Source: an uncultured bacterium (GTDB lineage: Bacteria; Auribacterota; Erginobacteria; Erginobacterales; Erginobacteraceae). Taken from it: 64,000 nt of DNA. The stretch spans positions 96,001 through 160,000 of the forward strand of contig CAWGIE010000010.1 of assembly GCA_963822585.1 (NCBI GenBank), written 5' to 3'. Below, piece after piece: positions 29,925 to 41,093 of this stretch. A model generated the notes under the pieces. The model worked only from the letters and a program-made list of their open reading frames with translations, did not search any database and had not been told where the DNA came from. Position numbers and translations under genes: made by a program. Position 1 is the stretch's first letter. Each line of letters opens with the position of its first letter.

Positions 29925-30941
29925 ATGTCTAAAAAATACAACGTCGTCGTTGTCGGCATCGGCGCGGTGGGCGCCGAGATGCTGAACATACTCGATCAGC
30001 GCAATTTCCCGGCCGGGGAGATCAAGGTCCTGGCCCGCTCCTCCCGGGAGGAGGAAATTGCCGGGCGGATGTACAGCGTCCGTGCCGCCGCCGAAGAAGA
30101 ATTGGACGGGGCGGACTTCGTCTTCTTCGCCGGCACCGAGGGGGCGAAGGGCGCTTCCGTCACTTACGCGCCCGCCGCCATCGTCCGGGGGGCGGTGGCG
30201 ATCGATAACGGGGGCGACTTCCGGCTCGAACCGGATGTCCCCCTGGTCATCCCCGAAGTCAATCCGGAAGACATCAGGAAGCACAAGGGACTGATCGCGA
30301 GCCCGAACTGCTCCACCATCCAGATGCTGGTCGCGGTCGCTCCCCTCCACCGGGAGAGCCGGGTGAAACGGATCATCGCCTCCACCTACCAGGCGGTCTC
30401 GGGGACCGGCCGGGCGGCGATCAGGGAGCTGGCGGAGCAGGCCCCGAAGATACTCTCCGGAGAAAAGGCGGTGGAGTGCCGGGAGTACGCGCACCCGATC
30501 GCCTTCAATGTCATCCCCCAGATCGGGAGCTTTGGGGAATTCGGGTTCACCACCGAGGAGTGGAAGATGGACCGGGAGACGAAAAAGATGCTGCATGACG
30601 ACTCGATGCGGATCAGCTGTACCTCGGTCCGGGTCCCCGTCTTCAACGGCCACGCCGAATCGGTCTATATCGAAACGGAGAACGCGATCCCGGTGGAGCG
30701 GGTACGGGAGATACTCTCCGCAGCTCCCGGGGTGGTCGTGGTGGATGACCCGGACAACTCCGCCTACCCGATGCCGATCGACGCTTCCGGTAAGGACGCG
30801 GTCTTTGTCGGCCGGATCCGCCGGGACCCTTACGTGGAGAACGGACTCCATCTCTGGATCGTCTCCGACAACATCCGCAAGGGAGCCGCCCTCAACGTCA
30901 TCCAGATCGCGGAGAAGATGATCGAGGACGGGTTGGTCTGA
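29925..30941 (+). CDS. asd: Aspartate-semialdehyde dehydrogenase
   Basis: PNCSTIQM, TYQAVSGTG, RVPVFNGH, DNIRKGAALN. Confidence 0.95.
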   Translation: MSKKYNVVVVGIGAVGAEMLNILDQRNFPAGEIKVLARSSREEEIAGRMYSVRAAAEEELDGADFVFFAGTEGAKGASVTYAPAAIVRGAVAIDNGGDFRLEPDVPLVIPEVNPEDIRKHKGLIASPNCSTIQMLVAVAPLHRESRVKRIIASTYQAVSGTGRAAIRELAEQAPKILSGEKAVECREYAHPIAFNVIPQIGSFGEFGFTTEEWKMDRETKKMLHDDSMRISCTSVRVPVFNGHAESVYIETENAIPVERVREILSAAPGVVVVDDPDNSAYPMPIDASGKDAVFVGRIRRDPYVENGLHLWIVSDNIRKGAALNVIQIAEKMIEDGLV

Positions 30942-31101
30942 AACGGGAAGATGCTCCCGAGCTGATCACTCTCCCTGTGGGCGGTTCCCCCCCTTCCGGA
31001 AATCAATAAACCGCTGATTAAGCGGATTAAACGGATTATTGTTTTTTTAATCAGCATAATCCGCTCAATCCGCGGTTAAATAAGTTAATAAGCTAAGTTT
31101 T

Positions 31102-31836
31102 ATGCGGAAGGTTAAAATTATTCTGGAATATGACGGCACCGCTTACGGGGGGTGGCAGATCCAGCCGAATGCCGACACCATCCAGCAAAGGGTGGAAGGG
31201 GCACTGCGGGAAGTGATCCGGGAAGATGTCCGGATCCACGGCGCGGGGAGGACCGATGCCGGCGTTCATGCCCGGGGCCAGGTCGCCCACTTCGAGACCG
31301 GCTCTCTCCTTCCGGCGGAGAATATCCGGGACGGGGCCAACACCCATCTCCCCCCCGATATCGTCATCCTCCGGGCGGAAGATGTCCCCGCCTCTTTCCA
31401 TGCCCGCTACAGCGCCCGGGGAAAAATCTACCGCTATCGGGTGCTCCTGGAGCCGGTCCGGGCTCCCCTGGAGCGTCACCGGGCCTGCCGGGTTTCTCCC
31501 CCCCTGGACGTGGCAGCGATGCGGTCCGCCGCCCGGAAGCTGACCGGAAAGCACGACTGGGTTTCGTTTGCGGCGGCGGGCTCTTCGATCAAGGACACGG
31601 TCCGGACTCTTTCCCGCCTGGAAATAACCGAGGACGGCCCCTTGATCAAGTTTGAACTCGAGGCGGACGGGTTCCTCTATAAAATGGTCCGGAATATCGT
31701 GGGGACCCTTCTGGAAACGGGGAAGGGAAAGATCACGACGGATGAGATGGAGGCGATCCTGGAGTCGAAAGACCGGACCCGGGCCGGCCCCACCGCCCCG
31801 GCCCATGGTTTGTACCTGGTCCGGGTGAACTATTAG
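31102..31836 (+). CDS. truA: tRNA pseudouridine(38-40) synthase
   Basis: YDGTAYGGWQ, GRTDAGVHA, FLYKMVR, TAPAHGL. Confidence 0.96.
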   Translation: MRKVKIILEYDGTAYGGWQIQPNADTIQQRVEGALREVIREDVRIHGAGRTDAGVHARGQVAHFETGSLLPAENIRDGANTHLPPDIVILRAEDVPASFHARYSARGKIYRYRVLLEPVRAPLERHRACRVSPPLDVAAMRSAARKLTGKHDWVSFAAAGSSIKDTVRTLSRLEITEDGPLIKFELEADGFLYKMVRNIVGTLLETGKGKITTDEMEAILESKDRTRAGPTAPAHGLYLVRVNY

Positions 31837-32093
31837 CGCCGACCGCGCATTTCCTCTTGACGGCAGGAGGGGATGATGGTAGGTTCCCCCCTCTCTTATT
31901 TTTTCTTCAAAAAATAAGAGTTGTCAAGCTAACGGTCTATAGATAATTTTTCAGGGACGGAATGTTCGGCAAGGCTGCATAAAGTCTTTTTTATTGTATT
32001 GCCCGAATAAATCTATTGTCGTTTAAACTATAGACCCCGATTGAATCAATCGGGGTCCACTATTAAATAGCGCTGAAAGCGCTAGTTAATACA

Positions 32094-32522
32094 ATGAATA
32101 CATTTTCAGCAAAACCAGCCGAGATCGAGAGAAAATGGTACCTGATCGACGCGGACGGCCAGGTGCTGGGAAGGATGGCGACCCGCATCGCCGATCTTCT
32201 CCGGGGGAAGGATAAACCGATCTTCACCTCCCACGTTGATACCGGAGATTTCGTGGTGGTCGTCAACGCGGAGAAGATCACGGTGACCGGGAAGAAGGCC
32301 GAGCAGAAGGAGTACCAGCGATACAGCGGGTATCCGAGCGGCCTCAAGCGCATCCCTTACGAACGGATGCTGCGGACGCATCCGGAGCGGATCATAGAAC
32401 ACGCCGTCCGGGGGATGGTCCCCCATAACCGTCTGGGTCGGGCGGTGATGAAGAAACTTAAGGTCTATGCCGGGCCGAATCACCCGCATGAAGCTCAGCA
32501 ACCTGAAGTACTAAAGATATAA
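32094..32522 (+). CDS. rplM: 50S ribosomal protein L13
   Basis: [34 protein letters not shown]. Confidence 0.98.
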   Translation: MNTFSAKPAEIERKWYLIDADGQVLGRMATRIADLLRGKDKPIFTSHVDTGDFVVVVNAEKITVTGKKAEQKEYQRYSGYPSGLKRIPYERMLRTHPERIIEHAVRGMVPHNRLGRAVMKKLKVYAGPNHPHEAQQPEVLKI

Positions 32523-32526
32523 TATT

Positions 32527-32925
32527 ATGAGCGATACGGTAAAATATTACGCTACCGGAAGGCGGAAGACCGCCATTGCCAAGGTATGGCTCCGTCCGGG
32601 GGTGGGAAAGTTCAGTATCAACCAGCGTCAGGGGCTGGAAGATTATTTCCGGCGCGATACCCTGGTCAAAAAGGTCAAGGCCCCGCTCCAGGTGACGGAT
32701 AACATGGGGCGCTATGATGTGATCGCCCAGCTCGCCGGCGGCGGCAAGGCGGGGCAGGCGGGCGCCCTTTCCCACGGGATCGCCCGGGCCCTGGTGGAAG
32801 CAAACCAGGCGCTGCGCCCTTCTCTGAAATCGGCCGGCCTTCTGACCCGGGATCCCCGCAAGAAGGAACGGAAGAAATACGGCCAGGCGGGAGCCCGGAA
32901 AAAGTTCCAGTTCTCGAAAAGATAA
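32527..32925 (+). CDS. rpsI: 30S ribosomal protein S9
   Basis: [26 protein letters not shown]. Confidence 0.98.
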   Translation: MSDTVKYYATGRRKTAIAKVWLRPGVGKFSINQRQGLEDYFRRDTLVKKVKAPLQVTDNMGRYDVIAQLAGGGKAGQAGALSHGIARALVEANQALRPSLKSAGLLTRDPRKKERKKYGQAGARKKFQFSKR

Positions 32926-32954
32926 GATTCGGGATCTCCGTTTTTTGGTCCTTC

Positions 32955-32984
32955 AAAAAAGCAGGCCCTGGGCCTGCTTTTTTT
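32955..32984 (+). terminator. Rho-independent terminator after rpsI
   Basis: aaaaaagcaggcc-ctg-ggcctgcttttttt. Confidence 0.85.
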
Positions 32985-32992
32985 CTTTTATA

Positions 32993-33112
32993 ATTTCGGG
33001 GACACAATACTTAATTCCCTGGTCTTTCATCGGTGAGGTAATTTCCGGGAGAGATTGTTTCATCCGTTCGTTCTTATCATAATGGTTGAATTAAGTATTG
33101 TGTCCCCGAAAT
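32993..33112. mobile_element. Small element with perfect 25-bp terminal inverted repeats
   Basis: ATTTCGGGGACACAATACTTAATTC ... GAATTAAGTATTGTGTCCCCGAAAT. Confidence 0.7.
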
Positions 33113-33220
33113 AAAAAAACAGTTTGCCGTCGGCATGGAACAGGGATTATTATGTAGATTGTCGGGCGACAGTCACCGTCGCGGATTATCAGAAAATAAG
33201 CAATTTCGAGGGATATAATC

Positions 33221-34243
33221 ATGCTGAAAACGGCAATAGTCGGCGCGACCGGATACACCGGCCTGGAGATCGTCAAGCTGCTCCTCTCTCATAACCGGGT
33301 TGAAATCAGTTCCCTGACGGCCAAGGTCGAGAAGACGGTCGGGATCCAGGAAGTATTCCCCGAACTCGCCGGCCGGATTGAGATGGCCTGCGGGAATCTC
33401 GACATTGATGATGTCTGCCGGAAGGCCGATTTCATCTTCCTGGCCCTCCCCCACACCGTCTCCATGCAGTTCGCGCCGGTTTTCCTGAAAGCCGGCAAGA
33501 AGGTGGTCGATCTGAGCGCCGATTACCGGTTTGCCGAAGGGGCGATCTTCGAAAAATGGTATGGGAGCCCCCACCGCGACCCGGAAGGGAACTCCCGGGC
33601 GGTCTACGGCCTCCCCGAACTTTTCCGGGAAGATATCAAGTCCGCCCGGCTGCTCGCGAACCCGGGATGTTATCCGACGGGGACCATCCTGGCCTGTTAC
33701 CCGCCGATCCGGGAAGGCATGGTCTCCTCCGGGAAGGTGATCGTCGACGCTAAAACCGGGGTGACCGGCGCGGGCCGGAAAGCCAGCCTGGCCCTCCTCT
33801 TCCCGGAGGTGAACGAGAATTTTAAGGCTTACAGTCTGGGTACCCACAAACATACCCCGGAGATGGAGGAAATTCTCACCCGGGCGACCGGCGCCCCGGT
33901 CCAGGTGGAGTTCGCCCCCCATCTTCTGCCGGTCAACCGGGGTATCCTGAGCACGATCTATCTGGAATTGGAGAAGGACGTCACGGAGGAAGAGGTCCTG
34001 GCAGCGTACCGGCGGTATTACGGGGAAGAGCCTTTCGTGAAGGTATATCCGGCCGGGACGCTCCCCCAGCTGCGGGAAGCGGTTGGTACCAATAACTGCC
34101 TGATCGGCATCCGGGTGAATCCGCGGACCGGGCACCTGATCGTGGTCAGCGCCATCGACAATCTCCTCAAGGGCGCCGCCGGGCAGGCGGTCCAGAATAT
34201 GAATATCATGGAGGGGTTTGAAGAAACGGAAGGGCTGGTGTAG
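33221..34243 (+). CDS. argC: N-acetyl-gamma-glutamyl-phosphate reductase
   Basis: GATGYTG, DLSADYR, ANPGCYPT, DNLLKGAAGQA. Confidence 0.96.
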   Translation: MLKTAIVGATGYTGLEIVKLLLSHNRVEISSLTAKVEKTVGIQEVFPELAGRIEMACGNLDIDDVCRKADFIFLALPHTVSMQFAPVFLKAGKKVVDLSADYRFAEGAIFEKWYGSPHRDPEGNSRAVYGLPELFREDIKSARLLANPGCYPTGTILACYPPIREGMVSSGKVIVDAKTGVTGAGRKASLALLFPEVNENFKAYSLGTHKHTPEMEEILTRATGAPVQVEFAPHLLPVNRGILSTIYLELEKDVTEEEVLAAYRRYYGEEPFVKVYPAGTLPQLREAVGTNNCLIGIRVNPRTGHLIVVSAIDNLLKGAAGQAVQNMNIMEGFEETEGLV

Positions 34244-34254
34244 CGAACGGCGGT

Positions 34255-34390
34255 CATCGGTAATCAGTAATCAGTAATCGGTGATGGCTGATGCCCGGCG
34301 AACTGATTACTGATTACTGATCACTGATTTCTGATCACTGATCACTGATTACTGATTACTGATTACTGATTACTGATCACTGATTACTGT
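34255..34390. repeat. Inverted heptamer array (CAGTAAT)n/(ACTGATT)n
   Basis: Direct reading; same family at 37958-38038 and 39252-39372. Confidence 0.9.
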
Positions 34391-34415
34391 AAGTCATCAT
34401 GTATGCCTGCGCGAT

Positions 34416-35642
34416 ATGACCACAAACGGACACATAAAACGGTTGGATACCCCTGAGCTGCCGGCCGGCTTCCGCGCCGCCGGAACGGCCTGCGGGATCA
34501 AGGCCGCCGGGAAGAAGGATCTGGCGATGATTTACTCCGAGTCGGAGACGGCCGCCGCCGGCGCTTTCACCAGCAACCGGGTGACGGCCCCCCCGGTCAC
34601 GGTGAGCCGGACGGTACTCGCCCGCGGGCGGTGCCGGGCGATCGTCGCCAACAGCGGCTGCGCCAACGCCGCCACCGGCAAGAGAGGGCTGAGGGACGCC
34701 GAAGAGATGGGCCACCTGGCGGCCGAGGCCCTCGGTGTTTCGGCGGCCGAGACGGCGGTGGCTTCCACCGGGAGGATCGGCCGTTTTCTGCCCCTGGATA
34801 AGATCGAGCCCGGAATCCGGGAACTGGGCCGGATCATCCGGGATGGAGGCAACGCCGCCGCTGCCGAAGCCATTATGACCACGGACACCTTTCCCAAGGA
34901 GATCGCTCTGGAATTGAGGGTAGAGGGGAAGGCGGCCCTTCTCTGGGGGATCGCCAAGGGAGCGGGCATGATCTATCCCCGGATGCGGGTGGTGACGCCG
35001 CCCCACGCCACCATGTTCTCTTTCCTGGCCACCGATCTGGCGGTCGAGGCACCCCTGCTGAGAGAGTCTCTCGCCCGTTCGCTCGCCCAGTCGTTTAACC
35101 GGATCACGGTCGACGGGGACACCAGCACCAACGACACCGTTCTCCTGCTGGCGAACGGGCGCTCGGGTGTAACGATCGCGGCGGGCACTCCTTCCGCCGC
35201 CCGGTTCCAGGAAGCGCTCGATCACCTCACCCGGGAACTGGCCTGGATGATCGTGAGAGATGGCGAGGGAGCGGGAAAGTTCATCGGGATCGAGGTCCGC
35301 GGCGCCCTGACGGCGTCCGACGCCCGCCGGGCGGCGGAGGCGGTCGGCAATTCGCTTCTCTTCAAGTGCGCTCTTCACGGGGAGACGCCGAACTGGGGGC
35401 GCCTTTTGGCCGCCCTGGGGTACTCGGGTGCGGAGATCGACGAGGAAAGGATGGCCGTCTCCCTGGGGGAGATTGAGATCATCCGGGAGGGACTGCACCT
35501 TGAAGCGGACCCCGGGCTTGTTGCCGACGCGCTGAAGAAGAAGGAACTGTGGTTCCTGATCGATCTTCACCTGGGGGAAGGGAGGGATGTCTGTTATACC
35601 TGTGACATCACGCCGGACTACGTGAAGATCAACAAGGAATAG
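34416..35642 (+). CDS. argJ: Ornithine acetyltransferase
   Basis: NSGCANA, IMTTDT, KGAGMI, HATM, DGDTSTND, DGEG. Confidence 0.96.
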   Translation: MTTNGHIKRLDTPELPAGFRAAGTACGIKAAGKKDLAMIYSESETAAAGAFTSNRVTAPPVTVSRTVLARGRCRAIVANSGCANAATGKRGLRDAEEMGHLAAEALGVSAAETAVASTGRIGRFLPLDKIEPGIRELGRIIRDGGNAAAAEAIMTTDTFPKEIALELRVEGKAALLWGIAKGAGMIYPRMRVVTPPHATMFSFLATDLAVEAPLLRESLARSLAQSFNRITVDGDTSTNDTVLLLANGRSGVTIAAGTPSAARFQEALDHLTRELAWMIVRDGEGAGKFIGIEVRGALTASDARRAAEAVGNSLLFKCALHGETPNWGRLLAALGYSGAEIDEERMAVSLGEIEIIREGLHLEADPGLVADALKKKELWFLIDLHLGEGRDVCYTCDITPDYVKINKE

Positions 35643-35671
35643 TAATTATTTTTTTCCAGAGGAAAAAAATT

Positions 35672-36562
35672 ATGAAGAAATTGATCGAGAAAGCCGCGGT
35701 TTTGATCGAGGCGCTCCCCTATATCCAATCCTTCGGCGGCAAGATCGTGGTTATCAAGCTGGGGGGAAGCGCCATGACTTCTCCCGCCTGCGTGGAGGGG
35801 GTGTTGCGGGACGTCGTCTTTATGGAGGCGGTGAAGATGAAACCCCTGGTGGTTCATGGCGGCGGGAACGCGATCAGCCGGAAGATGAAGGAAGCCGGCA
35901 TCTCTCCCCGCTTTATTGAAGGCCTGCGGGTGACCGATAAGCAGGTGATGGGGATCGTCTGGGAAGTCCTGGCCGGCATCAACGATGAACTGACCGAGAA
36001 GATCCGCTCCCTGGGGGGACGGGCGGAAGGGTTCTGTTCCCATGAAAACAGGGTGATCACGGCCCGGAAGCTGGAGCCTACGATCACGGGTCCGGGAGGG
36101 AAATCCCACCCGGTCGATCTCGGTTACGTGGGCGACGTGGACCGGGTCGACGTGGACGCGATTTTGAAAGTCACCCGGCGGGACCGGGTCCCGGTGATCG
36201 CTCCTCTGGGCAGCGATAAAGAGGGCAATCTGTACAACATCAACGGCGACCTGGCGGCCGGCGCCCTGGCGGCGGCCCTGAAAGCCGAGAAACTGGTCTT
36301 TCTGACCGACGTCGAGGGGATCATGACCAGAGAGGACGAAAGCGGGAAGCACCAGGTCCTCTCCTCTTTGCGGAAGAAAGAGATCGAACGGCTCCTGGAG
36401 GAGGGAACGATCGCCGGGGGGATGATCCCCAAGGCGACCGCGGGGCTGCAGGCCCTGGAGAGAGGAGTAAAAAAAGTGCATATCATCGACGGCAGGCTCA
36501 AGCATTCCCTCCTGCTGGAGATATTTACGGATAAGGGGATTGGAACCGAGATAGTGAATTAA
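35672..36562 (+). CDS. argB: Acetylglutamate kinase
   Basis: EALPYI, KLGG, VHGGG, GLRVT, NINGD, GGMIPK. Confidence 0.96.
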   Translation: MKKLIEKAAVLIEALPYIQSFGGKIVVIKLGGSAMTSPACVEGVLRDVVFMEAVKMKPLVVHGGGNAISRKMKEAGISPRFIEGLRVTDKQVMGIVWEVLAGINDELTEKIRSLGGRAEGFCSHENRVITARKLEPTITGPGGKSHPVDLGYVGDVDRVDVDAILKVTRRDRVPVIAPLGSDKEGNLYNINGDLAAGALAAALKAEKLVFLTDVEGIMTREDESGKHQVLSSLRKKEIERLLEEGTIAGGMIPKATAGLQALERGVKKVHIIDGRLKHSLLLEIFTDKGIGTEIVN

Positions 36563-36756
36563 TACGGAGCGGGTAAGCGACTCCGTGATGAAGGGTTGTT
36601 CGCAGGATGACTTGTAATACAGTATGGAGTAATGGAATGATGGAATAATGGAATGATGGGAAAGCGGCCGGACGGGGTATCCCATCACTCCAACACTCCA
36701 ATACTCCATCACTCCTTGTCGGCTATCCCTTCAATAATGATAAGGTGAATGATGCT

Positions 36757-37948
36757 ATGAATAATACAGAATACTATTATACAGGACTACGACCGGTATG
36801 TCCTCAACACCTATACCCGCAACCCGGTGGTGATCGTGAGGGGGGAAGGATCGTGGGTCTGGGACGCCGAAGGGAAAAAGTACCTGGATCTTTTCCCCGG
36901 CTGGGGCGTCAGCAGCCTCGGGCATTGCCCTCCCCGGGTGACGGCCGCGGTCCGGGAACAGGCTGGCCGGCTCCTCCACATGCCGAACAATTTTTTCAAT
37001 GAACTCCAGGGACGGCTGGCCCGGGTGATCATCGAGAATTCTTTTCCCGGCAAAGTCTTTTTCGGCAATTCGGGGGCGGAGGCCAATGAGGGAGCGATCA
37101 AGCTGGCCCGGCGATTCGGCGAGCCGGAGGGACGCTTCGAGATCATCACCATGCAGTCCTCCTTTCACGGACGGACCCTGGCGGCCGTCACCGCCACCGG
37201 TCAGGAGAAGTATCACTCCGGGTTCGGTCCCCTGATCCCCGGTTTCCGCTACGTCAGGCTCAATGAGACGGCCGAGCTGGAGGAAGCGCTCAACGAACGG
37301 ACGGTCGCCGTTATGCTGGAACTGATCCAGGGGGAGGGGGGCGTCCGGCCCGCCCGGCCCGATTTCGCGCGGGAGGTCCGGGAGATCTGCGAGCGGGAGA
37401 ATCTGCTGATGATCGTCGATGAAGTGCAGACCGGCATGGGCCGCACGGGGAAGTACTTCGCTTTTCAGAAGTACGGGGTGACCCCGGACGTGATGACGCT
37501 GGCGAAGGCCCTGGGAGGGGGGCTCCCGATCGGGGCCATGGTGGTGAGCGAACGGTTCGCGGATGTCCTGACCCCGGGGACCCACGCCTCGACCTTCGGC
37601 GGCAGCCCCCTGGTCTGCGCGGCCGCCCTGGCGGTTTTCCGGGCGATGGAGGAGGAAGGGGTCATGGAAAACGTGGCCCGGATGGGAGAATACCTGCGCG
37701 GGAGACTGGAGGGGCTCCGGGACGAGTTCCCGGCCGTCAAAGAGGTCCGGGGAATGGGACTGATGCTGGGGATGGAATGCGACCGGGAATGTAAGCCCCT
37801 GGTCGATCTCTGCCTGGAGAGAGGCCTGATCGTCAACTGCACGGCCGGGAACGTCCTCCGGGTGATGCCCGCCTTAAATGTCACTCAAGATGAAATTAAT
37901 CAGGCGCTTGAAATTTTGCGAGGGGTTTTGCGCGATAGTGGAGACTGA
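36757..37948 (+). CDS. argD: Acetylornithine aminotransferase (apparent 1-nt insertion near 36772)
   Basis: NSGAEANE, SFHGRT, DEVQTG, LAKALGGG, HASTFGG. The conserved N-terminus YVLNTYTR is out of frame with ATG 36757. Confidence 0.9.
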
Positions 37949-38061
37949 GGAGAAAAAGTAATCGGTGATCAGTAATCAGTACGCCTGGCTACCGGTTGGT
38001 TTCACTGATCACTGATCACTGATCACTGATTACTGATTAATATTCCAGAAGGAGTAAACTG

Positions 38062-39255
38062 ATGAGTAAAGTGGTATTGGCATATTCCGGAGGGCTCGAT
38101 ACCTCCATTATTCTCAAGTGGCTTCAGGTGGAAAAGGGGCTGGACGTGGTCGCTTTTATCGCCGATCTGGGACAGGAAGCGGAGGTGGAGGAGGCGGCCC
38201 AAAAAGCGAAACGGACCGGGGCCTGCGCGGTCTACGTGGAGGACGTCCGGGAGGAGTTCGTCCGGGACTACGTCTTCCCCGCCATCCAGGCCAACGCCGT
38301 TTACGAGGGGACCTACCTCCTGGGAACCTCCCTGGCCCGGCCCCTGATCGCCAAAAAAATGATCGAGATCGCCCGTAAGGAAGGGGCTGAATACGTTTCG
38401 CATGGAGCCACCGGGAAGGGCAACGACCAGGTCCGGTTCGAAGTCAGCTGTATCGCCCTGGAGCCGGCGATCAAGATCATCGCCCCCTGGCGGGAGTGGA
38501 ATTTCAAGTCAAGGAGCGACCTGATCGCCTACGCGAAAAAGCACGGGATCGATATCCCGGTCTCCAAGGAGAAGCCGTACAGCAGCGACCGCAACCTGCT
38601 CCATATCAGCTTTGAAGGAGGGATCCTGGAAGATCCCTGGAAGAAGCCCCCGGAGGACATGTTCGTCCTCAGCGTCTCTCCGCAGGCGGCCCCCGACCGG
38701 ACCACCGTTATCGAGATCGAGTTCGAGCAGGGACTCCCGACGGCCCTGAACGGAAAGAAACTCGCCCCCGCCGCCCTCCTCGGGGCCCTGAACAAGCTGG
38801 GGGGCGAGAACGGGATCGGACGGATGGACATCGTCGAGAACCGGTTCGTGGGGATGAAGAGCCGGGGGGTCTATGAGACGCCGGGGGGGACCATCCTCCA
38901 CATCGCCCACCGGGCCCTGGAGACGATTACCCTCGACCGCGAGGTCTTTCATTTCAAGGATTCGCTGATCACCAAGTACTCGGAGCTGGTCTACAACGGG
39001 TTCTGGTTCGCCCCCGAGATGGAGCTGCTCCGGAAGACCATCGCGGAGAGCCAGCGGGACGTGAACGGCACGGTCCGCCTGGAACTCTACAAGGGGAACT
39101 GCGCGGTGACGGGGAGAAAGTCCCCCAACTCGCTCTATGATCCGGAGATGGTGACCTTCGAGGAAGACGACGTTTATCAGCAGAGCGACGCCACCGGGTT
39201 CATCCGCCTCAACGCACTGCGGCTGAAGATCCGGGCCCGGCTGAAAAGAAAGTAA
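38062..39255 (+). CDS. argG: Argininosuccinate synthase
   Basis: [33 protein letters not shown]. Confidence 0.97.
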   Translation: MSKVVLAYSGGLDTSIILKWLQVEKGLDVVAFIADLGQEAEVEEAAQKAKRTGACAVYVEDVREEFVRDYVFPAIQANAVYEGTYLLGTSLARPLIAKKMIEIARKEGAEYVSHGATGKGNDQVRFEVSCIALEPAIKIIAPWREWNFKSRSDLIAYAKKHGIDIPVSKEKPYSSDRNLLHISFEGGILEDPWKKPPEDMFVLSVSPQAAPDRTTVIEIEFEQGLPTALNGKKLAPAALLGALNKLGGENGIGRMDIVENRFVGMKSRGVYETPGGTILHIAHRALETITLDREVFHFKDSLITKYSELVYNGFWFAPEMELLRKTIAESQRDVNGTVRLELYKGNCAVTGRKSPNSLYDPEMVTFEEDDVYQQSDATGFIRLNALRLKIRARLKRK

Positions 39256-39395
39256 TCGGTTATCAGTGATCGGTAATCAGTCGATTGGATTGCCGGGTCC
39301 AGTTCTATCGGTTACTGATGACCGATCACCGATTACTGATTACTGATTACCGATTACCGATTACTGATTACCGTTCTTTATGGGAGGTATACCTG

Positions 39396-40778
39396 ATGGC
39401 TAAAAAATTATGGGGCGGACGGTTTCGGAAGGAATCACATGAAATGATGGAACGTTTCGGTTCGTCCCTGCCGTTTGACCGGCGCCTCTACAAGGCGGAT
39501 ATCAAAGCCGGTATCGCCCACGCCCGGGTTTTGGAGAAGGGGGGCTACATCTCTTCCCGGGAGAAAAACCGGGTGGTAAAAATACTGGGGGAGATCGGGG
39601 AGGAAATTGCGGCGGGAAAGATCGATCTTTCCGGCGGCTACGAGGACATACACAGCCTGATCCTGGATCTGCTTGCTCTCCAGGACGCTTCCCTGGCGGA
39701 AAAACTTCATGCCGGACGTTCCCGCAATGACCTGGTGGTCCTCGACACCCGGCTTTATCTGAAAGAGGAACTGGCGGAGATCGAGGGCCTGATCCGGGAT
39801 CTCCAGTCCGCGCTGGTGGAGAAGGGGGATGAGTATAACGACGCCATCATGCCCGGCTACACGCATCTCCAGCACGCGCAGCCGGTTCTGGTGGCTCATC
39901 ACCTGCTGGCCTACGTGGAGATGCTGGAGCGGGACCGTTCTCGTCTGCGGCAGGCGCGCGCGCGGATGGACCTGCTCCCGGCCGGATCCGCCGCGTTGGC
40001 CGGGAGCAATCTGCACCTGGATCAGAAGCTGATGGCCGAGCTGCTCGGTTTCCGCCACGTGGCCCCGAACAGCCTGGACGCGGTCGCCGACCGCGATTTT
40101 ATCGTCGAGTCGCTGGCGGATCTGGCCGTGCTCGGGATGCATCTTTCCCGTCTGGCGGGAGAACTGGTTCTCTGGAGTACGGCGGAATTCCGGTTTATCG
40201 AACTCGATGAGGCCTTCTGCACGGGAAGCAGCTTCCTCCCCCAGAAGAAAAACCCCGATCCGGCGGAATTGATCCGGGGCAAGGCCGGACGCCTCTACGG
40301 CAATCTTCTGGCGGTGCTGGCGGCGCTGAAAGGGCTCCCCCTGGCCTATAACCGGGATCTGCAGGAAGATAAGGAACCGCTCTTCGATTCGATCGATACC
40401 GTGCGCGGATCGCTGGCCGTCATGACCGGGGTTATCTCCACCCTGCGCTTCAACCGGGCGGAGCTCGCTGCCGCCGTGGCGAAGGGGTTCTCGTCGGCCC
40501 CTGACCTGGCGGAGTACCTGGTGGAACGGGGGGTCCCGTTCCGGGAAGCGCATCAGGCGGTGGGAGAGCTGATCGCCCGGCTGCTGGACGAGGGAAAAAG
40601 CCCCGGGGAGATAACGCTTGACGAACTACGGTGGTCTTCACCGGCCTTCGAGGCGCCGGCGCTGAAACTGCTGACCCCGGCAGCCTCGGTCGCCGGCAAG
40701 ACGACGATCGGGAGCACCGCGCCGGCCCGGGTGCGCCGGCAGCTGCGCCGGTGGAAAAAGAAACTGGAGCCAAAATGA
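39396..40778 (+). CDS. argH: Argininosuccinate lyase
   Basis: LWGGRF, RSRND, YTHLQ, GSSFLPQKKNPD, YNRDLQEDK. Confidence 0.96.
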   Translation: MAKKLWGGRFRKESHEMMERFGSSLPFDRRLYKADIKAGIAHARVLEKGGYISSREKNRVVKILGEIGEEIAAGKIDLSGGYEDIHSLILDLLALQDASLAEKLHAGRSRNDLVVLDTRLYLKEELAEIEGLIRDLQSALVEKGDEYNDAIMPGYTHLQHAQPVLVAHHLLAYVEMLERDRSRLRQARARMDLLPAGSAALAGSNLHLDQKLMAELLGFRHVAPNSLDAVADRDFIVESLADLAVLGMHLSRLAGELVLWSTAEFRFIELDEAFCTGSSFLPQKKNPDPAELIRGKAGRLYGNLLAVLAALKGLPLAYNRDLQEDKEPLFDSIDTVRGSLAVMTGVISTLRFNRAELAAAVAKGFSSAPDLAEYLVERGVPFREAHQAVGELIARLLDEGKSPGEITLDELRWSSPAFEAPALKLLTPAASVAGKTTIGSTAPARVRRQLRRWKKKLEPK

Positions 40779-41093
40779 CGAAATCCGAATGAGGAAACCC
40801 GAAAGAATAACTAATCACGAATGATGAAGGGAGAAAAAAGTGAGCGGTAAGCAGTGAGCGGTAAACGGTCGCCTCGGCTCTTCGGCGTTACTGCTCAATT
40901 TAAAAGTGTAGTACTCTCTGTACTCTCCGCCTTTTCGTGGTTCAAATAAAGGGGGCGTAGCGGTGGGACTTTTGCGTCTTTTGCGCTTTTTTGCGGCTGA
41001 TAAAAAGGGGGTGAGGTAGAGGGAGCTTTTGTGCATTTTACGCAATTTTGCGGCTAAGTAAGGGGGCTGAGGGGAGGGGAAAAGAAAGTAACA

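Noticed and set aside
31850..32093. Riboswitch or leader RNA upstream of rplM
   Set aside because: Only generic hairpins and a possible promoter; no family I can recognise.
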